A stretch of DNA of 64,000 nt from a virus, in the IMG/VR virus record IMGVR_UViG_3300031857_000123, positions 4,915 through 68,914 of that record, one strand, 5' to 3'. This document shows, in pieces, positions 41,241-49,349 of the stretch; the stretch's first letter is position 1; the number at the start of each line of letters is the position of its first letter. The translations under genes and the position numbers were made by a program. The notes below the pieces were generated by a model. The model did not search any database, was not told the origin of the DNA, and saw only the letters and a program-made list of their open reading frames with translations.

Positions 41241-41448
41241 ATTAATATTTACTTTTGGTTTTTATACCGTACTTTTCTTGATGTTTTGACTTTTGTTTTG
41301 CTTCATGCACTGCAATAGCTGTGCGTATTTCTTGTAACAAAGCTTCGTCGTCCCACACAAGAGTGGTCTTGCCGTCAGGCCAAGTGGTAACAGTAAGATG
41401 ATTGCCTACTACCACTCGTGGTTTAGGTTGTTTCTTTTGTTTCATAAC

Positions 41449-41473
41449 AAAAATAGGCGGCACTAGGCCGCCT
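41449..41473 (-). terminator. Intrinsic terminator after the D3-like gene
   Basis: AGGCGGC-CTA-GTGCCGCCT followed by ATTTTT. Confidence 0.7.
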
Positions 41474-41476
41474 GGA

Positions 41477-41839
41477 TTACTTGAGGATACTGAGGAAGTA
41501 TACAGCTGCTTTGCCAGTCAACTTGCTGAGAATGTCTTCGTCAACAGGTTTGTTCATATCTTCGATAGCTGCTTTCAAGTCAGCAATAGCGGACTCTTTG
41601 CTTACACGAGCTGGCTTGTCACCAGCTGCAGGTGTTTTGGTTTTAGCACTACCTGCGGCTGGGTCTTTTTTCACATAAACACCGGCTTGTACCAGTACCA
41701 TGCGAACGCCATTAGGCGATTGCTCGAATTCTTCGGCAATGTCTTTGATGATTTCAGTTGAGTTGTCAGGTGTTGGGCCTGCGGCTTCGTATTTTGCGAT
41801 AACTTCTTGCTTAAGTTCGTCTGTCCAAGTTGCTGCCAT
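41477..41839 (-). CDS. T5 D3-like DNA-binding protein
   Basis: WTDE.K......Y, SPNGVRM.L..AGVY.KK, RVSK, KLTGKAA. Confidence 0.75.
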   Translation of the reverse strand: MAATWTDELKQEVIAKYEAAGPTPDNSTEIIKDIAEEFEQSPNGVRMVLVQAGVYVKKDPAAGSAKTKTPAAGDKPARVSKESAIADLKAAIEDMNKPVDEDILSKLTGKAAVYFLSILK

Positions 41840-41862
41840 GATGTGCTTTCTGTTATTTGTGT

Positions 41863-42135
41863 TTAAATGTGGTCTGTGGTAACGTCGGTCATTTTTTCTG
41901 GAATAAACCGGCGATAGTTATGCTTTAAATCATATTTTTGCATAACAGCTATTTTAGCATTATATTGACTCTCAAGCAAGTCACGATATTCGCGGGTGAA
42001 TTCTGCAAAGTTATCTTCTGGCATTTGCGATACATCAATGCCTTCAAAGTGGGTACTGGGCTGCACTACTTCAATAACTGCACGCTTGCTAGCAGTGCCA
42101 TCAGCTTTTGTGTAACTAAATTCTACGAGTTTCAT
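41863..42135 (-). CDS. Hypothetical protein (SH3/WYL-like F.YTK.DG..S.R)
   Basis: ORF downstream of the promoter at 42168-42196. Confidence 0.5.
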   Translation of the reverse strand: MKLVEFSYTKADGTASKRAVIEVVQPSTHFEGIDVSQMPEDNFAEFTREYRDLLESQYNAKIAVMQKYDLKHNYRRFIPEKMTDVTTDHI

Positions 42136-42198
42136 GTGGTTTGCCTTTTGTATCAATCTAAGCCACTATTATACTGTGATTTGACTGTGAGTTCAATA

Positions 42199-42468
42199 CT
42201 AAATTTCTTGATCTTGTTTTAGGATTTCTCGTGCAAGACCTGTGGAAAACTGCTCTGCCATGCGTTCGCTGAACATTGGCAGTATTAGCAGTGGAGCCAC
42301 AGCCGCACTTACAAGCACATAAACTACTGTGCTGGTTTTAGGATATTTGGTAAAGCTATTTGAGATTTCGCTAGCACGCGCTTGTTGCACCAGCGGCCAA
42401 AACCAAAAAATGCAGGCAGTAATTGAGGTACTAAATGCAAATAGCAAATAGTAGCCAATCAATTCCAT
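42199..42468 (-). CDS. Two-TM membrane protein
   Basis: Two hydrophobic helices. Confidence 0.55.
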   Translation of the reverse strand: MELIGYYLLFAFSTSITACIFWFWPLVQQARASEISNSFTKYPKTSTVVYVLVSAAVAPLLILPMFSERMAEQFSTGLAREILKQDQEI

Positions 42469-42845
42469 GTGCTGCCTTTGCGCATAAAGGCACGAGCGCC
42501 TAGTGTGAAGTCAACTTTACCTTGTGGCAGATTGATGAACAGTTTGGTACTTGGCACTGTCATTGCCGCTTGCGCCACTTTAGGGTTAGAACTAAACAGT
42601 TCTTTTGGAGCGCGACCGGTAAACTCTTTGAACAGTTTGGCCAGGCGAATTGCTGTGTGCGACCACTGTGGGGTAGTGGGAGCTTTGCGTTGACGGCCGG
42701 TTTCTAACAATGCATTTTGCACCTGCATATTATTGGGCTGTGATCTGAGCGTACGCTCTAGTCTGCGTTTGCGGTTGGCTTGTGTGCGTGCCACGCCTTG
42801 TGGAACGGCTGCTGCAGGTGCGGCGGTTTTGGATTTTGTTGCCAT
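42459..42845 (-). CDS. Basic hypothetical protein
   Basis: ORF within the operon. Confidence 0.55.
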   Translation of the reverse strand: MATKSKTAAPAAAVPQGVARTQANRKRRLERTLRSQPNNMQVQNALLETGRQRKAPTTPQWSHTAIRLAKLFKEFTGRAPKELFSSNPKVAQAAMTVPSTKLFINLPQGKVDFTLGARAFMRKGSTWN

Positions 42846-43026
42846 TTATAACTTTCTGATTGTATATGCGCCGGGATTATTGTGTACAGCGGTTAATTCA
42901 ACTACTCCAGCGGTGTCCAAGAATTCTAGTACTTGAAAAGCTTCGCCATAAGTTTGAATTACCACGCTGGGTTCATTGATTACTTCAGTTACCCACTCTA
43001 AAAACTGTAGTGTAACTGGAACTCGT

Positions 43027-43386
43027 TCAGTTTGCGAAAGGCCAGTTAGCAACACTCGAAAGGGGTTCGTAGTCAATGTGTGTGGGTGTGACATGGGCTT
43101 GTGCATCGCTGTTTACATAGTCTGTGATAGATTCGGCATTTTTAATGTCTTGTGCAATTTTATAGCACTCACCTAGTGCAGCAATCAGTTCTGGAATGCT
43201 GTCTACTGCAATAGGCATAATTCGGTCACAGCCGTCAACAATCACGACTTCTTCTGTGCCACCAGCATTAGTGCCAAACTCTACATAGTTGTAGTAAAAG
43301 TCACCAGAAGCGTCTGGGCCAAAAAGGTTTTCGTCGCCAAAGGTGTCGACGTCATGTGCAGGAACTTTAGCAAAATTAATTTTCAT
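43027..43386 (-). CDS. Acidic hypothetical protein ending WPF
   Basis: ORF downstream of the promoter at 43425-43453 (TTGAAA-17-TATAAT). Confidence 0.55.
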   Translation of the reverse strand: MKINFAKVPAHDVDTFGDENLFGPDASGDFYYNYVEFGTNAGGTEEVVIVDGCDRIMPIAVDSIPELIAALGECYKIAQDIKNAESITDYVNSDAQAHVTPTHIDYEPLSSVANWPFAN

Positions 43387-43499
43387 GTGATTGGGTATGG
43401 TTATGGTTGTTGCGTTAAAAGAATATTATAACAAAAAGTAGTTACAGTTTCAAGTGAATATTTTCGCAAACAAAAAACCCACCTAAACGGTGGGTGGTT

Positions 43500-43574
43500 T
43501 GGTGCGCTAGACTGGAATCGAACCAGTACTCGATCGATTATGAGTCGACTGCTTTGCCTTTAAGCTACTAGCGC
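43500..43574 (-). tRNA. tRNA with CAT anticodon (Ile2 or elongator Met)
   Basis: Cloverleaf GCGCTAG/CTAGCGC, loop CT-CAT-AA, encoded CCA; followed by a terminator at 43472-43495. Confidence 0.9.
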
Positions 43575-43723
43575 AAGGTTTTCATGATTTCTGACCGCTG
43601 TTCAGGAGTGTAACGAACCCAGTTTATGACTTGTTCCAGCGTGCGTTTGCATGTGGTACATTGCTGCAGTTGGGGGTCTAACAAACACCGTTGCTGACAG
43701 GGACTTTCAATCTTCGAACTCAA
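43568..43723 (-). CDS. DUF1289/YdhL-like small Cys protein (not in ORF track)
   Basis: Manual translation: IESPCQQRCLLD...CTTCKRTLEQV..W...PEQR. Confidence 0.7.
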   Translation of the reverse strand: MSSKIESPCQQRCLLDPQLQQCTTCKRTLEQVINWVRYTPEQRSEIMKTLR

Positions 43724-43841
43724 CGTAGTCTTCTTTGCCTACGCCACATTCTGGGCATTCAAAATCGTCTGGCAAATCTTCCCAACGACCTTCTAGTTCT
43801 TCATTGTGAACGTGGTCACATACTACACAAATTCGTGTCAT
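43707..43841 (-). CDS. Rubredoxin (not in ORF track)
   Basis: Manual translation MTRICVVCDHVHNEELEGRWEDLPDDFECPECGVGKEDY; ATGA overlap with rubrerythrin. Confidence 0.9.
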   Translation of the reverse strand: MTRICVVCDHVHNEELEGRWEDLPDDFECPECGVGKEDYVEFED

Positions 43842-44290
43842 TGTACGGTCTCCCAGACTTGTTGATATGCTTCTGCATGACGTTGCTCGACACGCTTGAG
43901 TGCTGCAAAACGCTTTTCAGCTTTGGCCAATACTTTGGCAAATGCTTCAGCATGTTCACGTGACTCAGCAGTTTGATGACGCACCTCAATTAAGGCTGCT
44001 TCGTTGTTTTCTCGTTCTGCGGCTTCTTCCATGCGAGGATACATTTCAGTATACTCGTAGGTTTCGCCTTCAATGGCTTTTTCCAAGCATACTTTGGTTG
44101 AGGGTCGCCCAATAAGTAACTCAAGATGACCCCAAGCATGTTTTAGTTCCTGGTCGGCTGTATGCTCGAAGTGTTTTGCAACATCTTCGAATCCATCTTC
44201 ACGTGCAATTTTAGCAAAGTAGCGATACTTAATATGAGCCATAGACTCACCTGCTAGTGCACTCTCTAAATTTTGTAATGTTAGTGACAT
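43838..44290 (-). CDS. Rubrerythrin (ferritin-like di-iron protein)
   Basis: NL..A.AGES.A..KY.YFA..A..DG, E..HA, AIEGETYE...MYP, E..HA. Confidence 0.92.
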   Translation of the reverse strand: MSLTLQNLESALAGESMAHIKYRYFAKIAREDGFEDVAKHFEHTADQELKHAWGHLELLIGRPSTKVCLEKAIEGETYEYTEMYPRMEEAAERENNEAALIEVRHQTAESREHAEAFAKVLAKAEKRFAALKRVEQRHAEAYQQVWETVQ

Positions 44291-44361
44291 AGTTATAAAT
44301 AAAAAATCCCCGAAACAGTACTTATTATACTAGATTCAGGGACATGGTTCAAGTGTAGATT

Positions 44362-44436
44362 TGGTACATCCTGACAGTTTCGAACTGCCGACCCTCTCGG
44401 TGTAAACGAGACGCTCTACCACTGAGCTAAGGATGC
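44362..44436 (-). tRNA. tRNA-Val(TAC)
   Basis: Cloverleaf, TCTCG-TTTACAC-CGAGA, CCA. Confidence 0.93.
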
Positions 44437-44437
44437 A

Positions 44438-44511
44438 TGGAGCGGGGTACGAGGATCGAACTCGTCTCACTAGCTTGGAAGGCTAGAGCACAGCCACTAT
44501 ACCAACCCCGC
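44438..44511 (-). tRNA. tRNA-Gly(TCC)
   Basis: CTAGC-CTTCCAA-GCTAG, U73, CCA. Confidence 0.93.
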
Positions 44512-44726
44512 GTTTAATTTAACATTTGTGGAACATACTCAGTTCCAGCGCCACGTGCGCCTGGTTTCCCTACCATGTCAGCATAGTCTGAAACCATGGT
44601 AACATACTGCATACCTTGCTTACGCAGAAGATCACAATAAATAAGTGCAGATTGTAGTTGTACGATCTCTGTTGAGCAAGCACTGCCCAAGTCGTTTGTC
44701 CAGTATATTTTATACATAATTGTTTG

Positions 44727-44801
44727 TGGAGCAGGATAGGAGGGTCGAACTCCTGACATTCTCGTTGGCAACGAGACATTCTACCACTGAATTAATCCTG
44801 C
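44727..44801 (-). tRNA. tRNA-Gly(GCC)
   Basis: TCTCG-TTGCCAA-CGAGA, CCA. Confidence 0.93.
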
Positions 44802-45110
44802 TTAAAAGGGTACATCGTCATCTAAGATACTGCGAATCATTTCACGTTCGCGCTTGACTAAGTCGTCTTCGAGCCAAGGTTTGATTTCTTCTTCGATGAA
44901 TCGTTGCTGAGCCTTATACCCAGCGTGTTCTTGTATGGTTTCGGTAACAATCTTGGTAAACTTAAATAATCCAGACTTTTCAGCCCAGATCAGGTATTCG
45001 TAGTGGTCTGGGATACAATCACATACTCGGCAACCTTGTAGTTTGCCTACCATAATTTTGTCTTGCATGTCTAAGAGTGGAGACTTTAGTTTTGAGAATC
45101 CAATTGCCAT
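44802..45110 (-). CDS. Hypothetical protein (GK..G..V.D.....YL.W motif)
   Basis: ORF between tRNAs, ends DDVPF. Confidence 0.5.
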   Translation of the reverse strand: MAIGFSKLKSPLLDMQDKIMVGKLQGCRVCDCIPDHYEYLIWAEKSGLFKFTKIVTETIQEHAGYKAQQRFIEEEIKPWLEDDLVKREREMIRSILDDDVPF

Positions 45111-45430
45111 TACCAGTGTCTCCATACGCCTGCTACAATAAAGCAATTTGTGCCAATATAACTTAACACAATTAGTGTTCTGATAATGGCTACCACATCA
45201 GCTTCGCAGTCAGTATTTCCAGCTTTGGCGCCTAGGGCATTTGCCCAAAGTCTCCAAAATTTTCTCATGCTTGTTGCTCTGCTTCTAGCTGTTCAAGCCT
45301 ATCGGCTGCTTCTTCTAGCAAGTCTGCTATACGGTCTGGTTTGCCCTCTTGCACCGATTTTCTGGTAGCAATCTGACGACGTATTTCAGCACGTTTTCGT
45401 AGTCTGTAGATTAGTGTTTCCATAATTACT

Positions 45431-45533
45431 CCATATATAACCACACTAGGTGTCAAGGCTTCTCACTACGCCTGTTCGCGACTAGTACACTAGACACCAC
45501 CGTGGAGTTAAGGCTTAGTGTGGTTATATATGG
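45431..45533 (-). ncRNA. Long-stem-closed structured RNA candidate (E7)
   Basis: 18-bp perfect terminal stem CCATATATAACCACACTA that includes the CCA of tRNA-Ser. Confidence 0.6.
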
Positions 45534-45622
45534 CGGGTAGCAGAGGAGTCGAACCCCATCCCGTTTCCGAGAACCCAGTTTTCAAGGCTGGTCGCAGGAC
45601 CAACCCCGCTGCATTACTACCC
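45531..45622 (-). tRNA. tRNA-Ser(TGA)
   Basis: Loop CT-TGA-AA, long variable arm, G73, CCA. Confidence 0.9.
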
Positions 45623-45628
45623 ACTATT

Positions 45629-46213
45629 TTATTCTTGTTTTGCTTCTGATTCACGCTTGGCTTGCATAGCTTGCAGCCGCTTGACCACTTCGTCCGAACC
45701 CATCCAAATGTCTTTGTTGTGCAACATACTGGAGATTTCTTCGCGGGTTAAAAAGTCTTGGTATACTTCAGTCATGAAGTTTTCTGACCAAGTACGTTCA
45801 AACTGTAGCTGATCGTACATTTCGCCGCCTTTGCCAAATGTTCCAGCCGAATAGTTGTGAAACATAAACAAGCTGTGTGGCGTGACTTCTTGCGAATGAC
45901 CGTGTAGGAAGATCATGGTGGCTGCACTCATGCAAGCACCTTCTACACTGCACACAACAGTAGCATCTGTGTCCGACATTACTCGTAAGAACTGTAGTGT
46001 GGTAAAAAGATCACCACCAGGACTATTGATATAAATGCGAATTGTGTCGGCGGCCGATGCGTTACGAATAATGTCAAACCACTCAATGTATTCCTCGGAA
46101 TCTTGAATTGGTCCTGACAAATAAAACTCATGAACGTGTGCGACTGGCTTTGTGAAATTGGTTGAAAACTTGTTGGATTCAAACAATTTAGGGTCGAGAA
46201 TATTAGACTTCAT
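45629..46213 (-). CDS. ClpP-like serine protease
   Basis: YL.G.I, YINSPGGD, G.C.SAAT.I, FM.H. Confidence 0.85.
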   Translation of the reverse strand: MKSNILDPKLFESNKFSTNFTKPVAHVHEFYLSGPIQDSEEYIEWFDIIRNASAADTIRIYINSPGGDLFTTLQFLRVMSDTDATVVCSVEGACMSAATMIFLHGHSQEVTPHSLFMFHNYSAGTFGKGGEMYDQLQFERTWSENFMTEVYQDFLTREEISSMLHNKDIWMGSDEVVKRLQAMQAKRESEAKQE

Positions 46214-46223
46214 AAGTTCCTTT

Positions 46224-46307
46224 ACTATATTTAAGTACTCTAGCTAGCCAAGGAGCCCTTGCTGTTAGGCAAGGTGGGGTTTTAACCCAAAAGTACTTAA
46301 ATATAGT
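46224..46307 (-). ncRNA. Long-stem-closed RNA candidate with permuted-tRNA (Y-RNA-like) layout (E6)
   Basis: 16-bp terminal stem enclosing T-arm-like, closed acceptor-like and D-arm-like hairpins. Confidence 0.55.
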
Positions 46308-46642
46308 GCCAGTATTCTGTTACGAGGAACTGGCCAAACCCTAAGCAGCAATTAAGCTGCTAAAGCGTAAACTTGATCGTTTGCGTTTATTTTTGTTTTG
46401 CTTCTGCAAATGGGAACAACCCCAATCTTAAGGCTTCTGCTTTACCTAGTTGTCTACGTCTCTACTCTTAGCCCAATCGATCCTGTGTCAGGCCCATCAA
46501 AAGAAAACTGAATTCAGGCTCTATGTCCTGACCATATGCTTACGCCGTGATGCACGTTGTACACCGTGTCAATTTTCTTTTGGTGGACCTGGCGGGCACT
46601 GCCCCCGCGTGTCGAACTCTTTTGGGTCGGCTTCATACAACC
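46308..46642 (-). ncRNA. ssrA: Circularly permuted (two-piece) tmRNA, tag ANDQVYALAA
   Basis: Acceptor piece ending CAGGTCCACCA at 46581 precedes a coding piece starting GGGCCTG at 46495 (G3-U70, A73); tag ORF 46384-46352 follows ATAAAC. Confidence 0.9.
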
Positions 46643-46733
46643 ATATTTAAGTACTCTAGTTTGGATTCAAACCTTGTTCTAGTCTTGTCGATCTGCGCTT
46701 CTCACAGTGCTGACCAGAGTACATAAATATGGT
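46640..46733 (-). ncRNA. Long-stem-closed structured RNA candidate (E5)
   Basis: ~20-bp terminal stem including the ACCA of tRNA-Thr, one G-U pair on the minus strand. Confidence 0.55.
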
Positions 46734-46803
46734 GCCCCATGACAGAATCGAACTGCCGTAACCTGATTACAAAACAGGTGTAATACCATTATACTAATAG
46801 GGC
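46730..46803 (-). tRNA. tRNA-Thr(TGT)
   Basis: Loop TT-TGT-AA, CCA. Confidence 0.92.
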
Positions 46804-46878
46804 TGGAATAGGTGACAGGATTCGAACCTGCATTGAACGGATTTGCAATCCGACGCGTAGCCGTTCCGCCACACCTAT
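46804..46878 (-). tRNA. tRNA-Cys(GCA)
   Basis: Loop TT-GCA-AA, U73, CCA. Confidence 0.92.
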
Positions 46879-46879
46879 A

Positions 46880-47083
46880 TTAAATTTGACGAGCGCGAAC
46901 ACACTGTTCAAACTGATTAAACGTGCGCTCAAACTTCAGCTGATACATTTGCTTTAGTCCAATCAGGTAATTCATACGCTGATCTTCGTCCATATTGTCG
47001 TGCATATCCAAATACAACTGAATGTCATCACAAACATTCCAGCATTGCATAATACCTTGTTCTAAGTCAAAACGATCAGTCAT
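46880..47083 (-). CDS. Hypothetical protein (DRFDLEQ.IM.CW motif)
   Basis: ORF between tRNAs. Confidence 0.55.
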   Translation of the reverse strand: MTDRFDLEQGIMQCWNVCDDIQLYLDMHDNMDEDQRMNYLIGLKQMYQLKFERTFNQFEQCVRARQI

Positions 47084-47084
47084 G

Positions 47085-47555
47085 TTAGTTTGCCAATATA
47101 AATTTTAAACGGTCAGCAGCATAGCTTGCTGCAAAAGCTCGGGGCTTTACTTGAGCGTCAATGTTACAAGTACCTTTGATATATCCAACTGCTTGCTGTA
47201 CAACAGCAGAACTCTTGTATCGCTCGTTGGGATTAATGTCTAGGTGTACTTCTACATGACGATCTTGTAAGACCTCTGATAGTTCATGAAATAGGTCGCT
47301 TACTTTGTAAACTTCATTCATTAATCGCATACTGGGCTTGTTTGCTTTTTGATCCCAGTCACGTTCACGAGTTACACTTCCAAAGATTTTACACCCATGA
47401 CAACCATCAATATGCACAACAACTGCCAGGGTATAGTCAGCGTGCCATACGCCGTTAACTTTAACGCGTTCTGAATCTGCACCTAAGTAAACTCGGGTTT
47501 CAGGACTCTGTGCTGCAATAAAGTCTCGGACTTCTTGGATGTTGAATTCGTACAT
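47085..47555 (-). CDS. RNase H-like (YkuK/DUF458 family) protein
   Basis: YLGADS, RL..EV, EVHLDIN, KP.AFAAS.AAD; ATG 47555 avoids overlap with tRNAs. Confidence 0.75.
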   Translation of the reverse strand: MYEFNIQEVRDFIAAQSPETRVYLGADSERVKVNGVWHADYTLAVVVHIDGCHGCKIFGSVTRERDWDQKANKPSMRLMNEVYKVSDLFHELSEVLQDRHVEVHLDINPNERYKSSAVVQQAVGYIKGTCNIDAQVKPRAFAASYAADRLKFILAN

Positions 47556-47568
47556 AGTATGTGTTAAG

Positions 47569-47645
47569 TGGAGGGTCTGGAGAAAGTCGAATTCCCAACC
47601 TCTTGGTTCGTAGCCAAGTGCTCTGATCCATTGAGCTACAGACCC
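47569..47645 (-). tRNA. tRNA-Arg(ACG)
   Basis: CTTGG-CTACGAA-CCAAG, CCA. Confidence 0.92.
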
Positions 47646-47648
47646 TTG

Positions 47649-47722
47649 TGGCAGAGGATAGAAGAATCGAACTTCTGACAACGGAATCAAAATCCGTGGT
47701 TATACCATTTAACTAATCCCCA
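47649..47722 (-). tRNA. tRNA-Gln(TTG)
   Basis: ACGGA-TTTTGAT-TCCGT, CCA. Confidence 0.92.
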
Positions 47723-47730
47723 ACAAAATA

Positions 47731-47805
47731 TGGCTCCAAAGGCAGGGATCGAACCTACGACCAATTGATTAACAGTCAACTGCACTACCGCTGTGCTACT
47801 TTGGA
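47731..47805 (-). tRNA. tRNA-Asn(GTT)
   Basis: Loop CT-GTT-AA, G73, CCA. Confidence 0.93.
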
Positions 47806-47906
47806 ATATTTAATTCTAGTGCCTGGTCGCAATCTCCAGGTAGCTTCAGCAATGGAAGGAACATTGCCTACACACTATAGCCAGTGAATTCACTAGAATT
47901 AAATAT
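47806..47906 (-). ncRNA. Long-stem-closed multi-branch RNA candidate (E4)
   Basis: 16-bp perfect terminal stem ATATTTAATTCTAGTG enclosing three hairpins. Confidence 0.6.
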
Positions 47907-47996
47907 GCTGCTTACGATATACAGCGTGGCACTATCGTGGCCACCGATTGGATTACGGACGCTCTAACCGGAACGGCACGGACCTAAGGCAGGTTT

Positions 47997-48071
47997 TGGC
48001 GGTCTTAAGGGGTAACGATCCCCTTCTACAGCAGTGACAGTGCTGTGTGCGTCCATGAACACTTTAAGACC
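47997..48071 (-). tRNA. tRNA-Asp(GTC)
   Basis: CAGCA-CTGTCAC-TGCTG, G73, atypical T-loop ATCGTTA. Confidence 0.88.
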
Positions 48072-48075
48072 AGAT

Positions 48076-48159
48076 TGGTACGACTGAAGGGACTTGAACC
48101 CTTAATCCTTGCGGCGATTGATTTTAAGTCAATTGTGTATTCCATTCCACCACAGTCGC
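48076..48159 (-). tRNA. tRNA-Leu(TAA)
   Basis: ATTGA-CTTAAAA-TCAAT, variable arm, CCA. Confidence 0.92.
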
Positions 48160-48164
48160 GTTAT

Positions 48165-48251
48165 TGGTGGTTGCTCTCCGACTCGAACAGAGAAGGCCAG
48201 CGGCAAGAGATTTACAGTCTCCCCCCGATACCATTACGGGACTAAGCAACC
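48165..48251 (-). tRNA. tRNA-Tyr(GTA)
   Basis: Loop CT-GTA-AA, variable arm, CCA. Confidence 0.9.
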
Positions 48252-48302
48252 GAAAGAATAATAATTATACCGCGTTTAACAAGAAAAGGCAAATCTAAAT
48301 TT

Positions 48303-48376
48303 TGGCATCCCCCAAGAGACTCGAACTCTTACTAACGGTTTTGGAGACCGCCGTGCTGCCATTACACCAGGGAGAA
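48303..48376 (-). tRNA. tRNA-Trp(CCA)
   Basis: GCGGT-CTCCAAA-ACCGT, G73, CCA. Confidence 0.9.
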
Positions 48377-48384
48377 ACAATGTT

Positions 48385-48459
48385 TGGTGGTTTTGAGTAG
48401 ATTCGAACTACTGACCTAATCCGTATGAAGGATGTGCACTACCGCTGTGCTACAAAACC
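48385..48459 (-). tRNA. tRNA-Met(CAT), elongator-type
   Basis: Loop TT-CAT-AC, G1-C72, CCA. Confidence 0.88.
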
Positions 48460-48710
48460 AAAAGCCAGAGACACGCTCTGGCTGAGTTATAAGTGCCGGT
48501 TACATTCTCCGGCGACACATTTCGTTGTGCCTGAAGACATTGACGCTGTTTAAGTTCCTTAAAGGGGCATAGTCTGTAGCCTTGAGTAAACAGATACACA
48601 GTTATTTTTGTGTCAGGATAACTTTAACCCCGTGAGAGCAGCCCATCTTGTTTTCGCTTCAGCGGACGCAGGACAGTGGTATTAGCACTGATTTGTTTAC
48701 AAGCCTGCAA
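48460..48710 (-). ncRNA. ~250-nt structured non-coding RNA candidate
   Basis: Spacer between two tRNAs with no ORF in the track and several GC-rich hairpins. Confidence 0.45.
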
Positions 48711-48711
48711 T

Positions 48712-48782
48712 TGGTTGCGGGGGAAGGATTCGAACCTTCTAGGCGGAGCTTATGAGACTTGCCTCTACCCTGACTCCCCGCG
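48712..48782 (-). tRNA. Atypical initiator-type tRNA-Met(CAT)
   Basis: CGCGGGG/CCCCGCA-ACCA with C1:A72 mismatch and a normal T-arm; shortened D-arm and irregular anticodon stem. Confidence 0.7.
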
Positions 48783-48966
48783 ATTTTTTACACCATTGTG
48801 TGGTGGCTGTTAGCATCACGAACTTTAACATAATGTTCGTATTGCTCAATCCAGTAGTTTAGCTCTTTGCTATTCTGTGGATTTTTGTCAGCCAAGTACT
48901 GTTCTAATGGTTCGTGTTCTGGACTAAAAACTGATTTAAGCACTCGTAGTGCATAGTCTAGGCCGT

Positions 48967-49200
48967 TCATTTTTGGTTAACGAACTCATAGAACTGCTTG
49001 CTTTTAGCAACCATGTCATTAAAGTCAAATGGCTTTGGCATGAACTTGGCAAGTTGTTCTTGACCCATTAGGGCTTTGTCTTTGGTATTATCAAAGATTT
49101 CTTGTGCAAACTCTACTGAGGCTGCGTATTCTGCTTGCATTAGTTCAGCAGTCATCTTGAGAATTTCAAGACGAATTTCAAAAGGAGATTTATTACTCAT
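48967..49200 (-). CDS. Hypothetical protein (KSPFEIRLE.L.M...FY.FV family)
   Basis: ORF between tRNAs. Confidence 0.55.
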   Translation of the reverse strand: MSNKSPFEIRLEILKMTAELMQAEYAASVEFAQEIFDNTKDKALMGQEQLAKFMPKPFDFNDMVAKSKQFYEFVNQK

Positions 49201-49269
49201 GGTAGTTCCTGTGTGTTGTGTAAAGTGTAGGCTTTGCACCTACTTGCGGCATCTAGGCCGTGTGAAATA

Positions 49270-49344
49270 TGGTACTGAGGGAGGATACCGAGACCTCGAC
49301 CCCTCGCTTATCAAGCGAGTGCTCTGCCGCTGAGCTACCCCAGT
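49270..49344 (-). tRNA. tRNA-Ile(GAT)
   Basis: CTCGC-TTGATAA-GCGAG, atypical T-loop, CCA. Confidence 0.87.
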
Positions 49345-49349
49345 GTATT

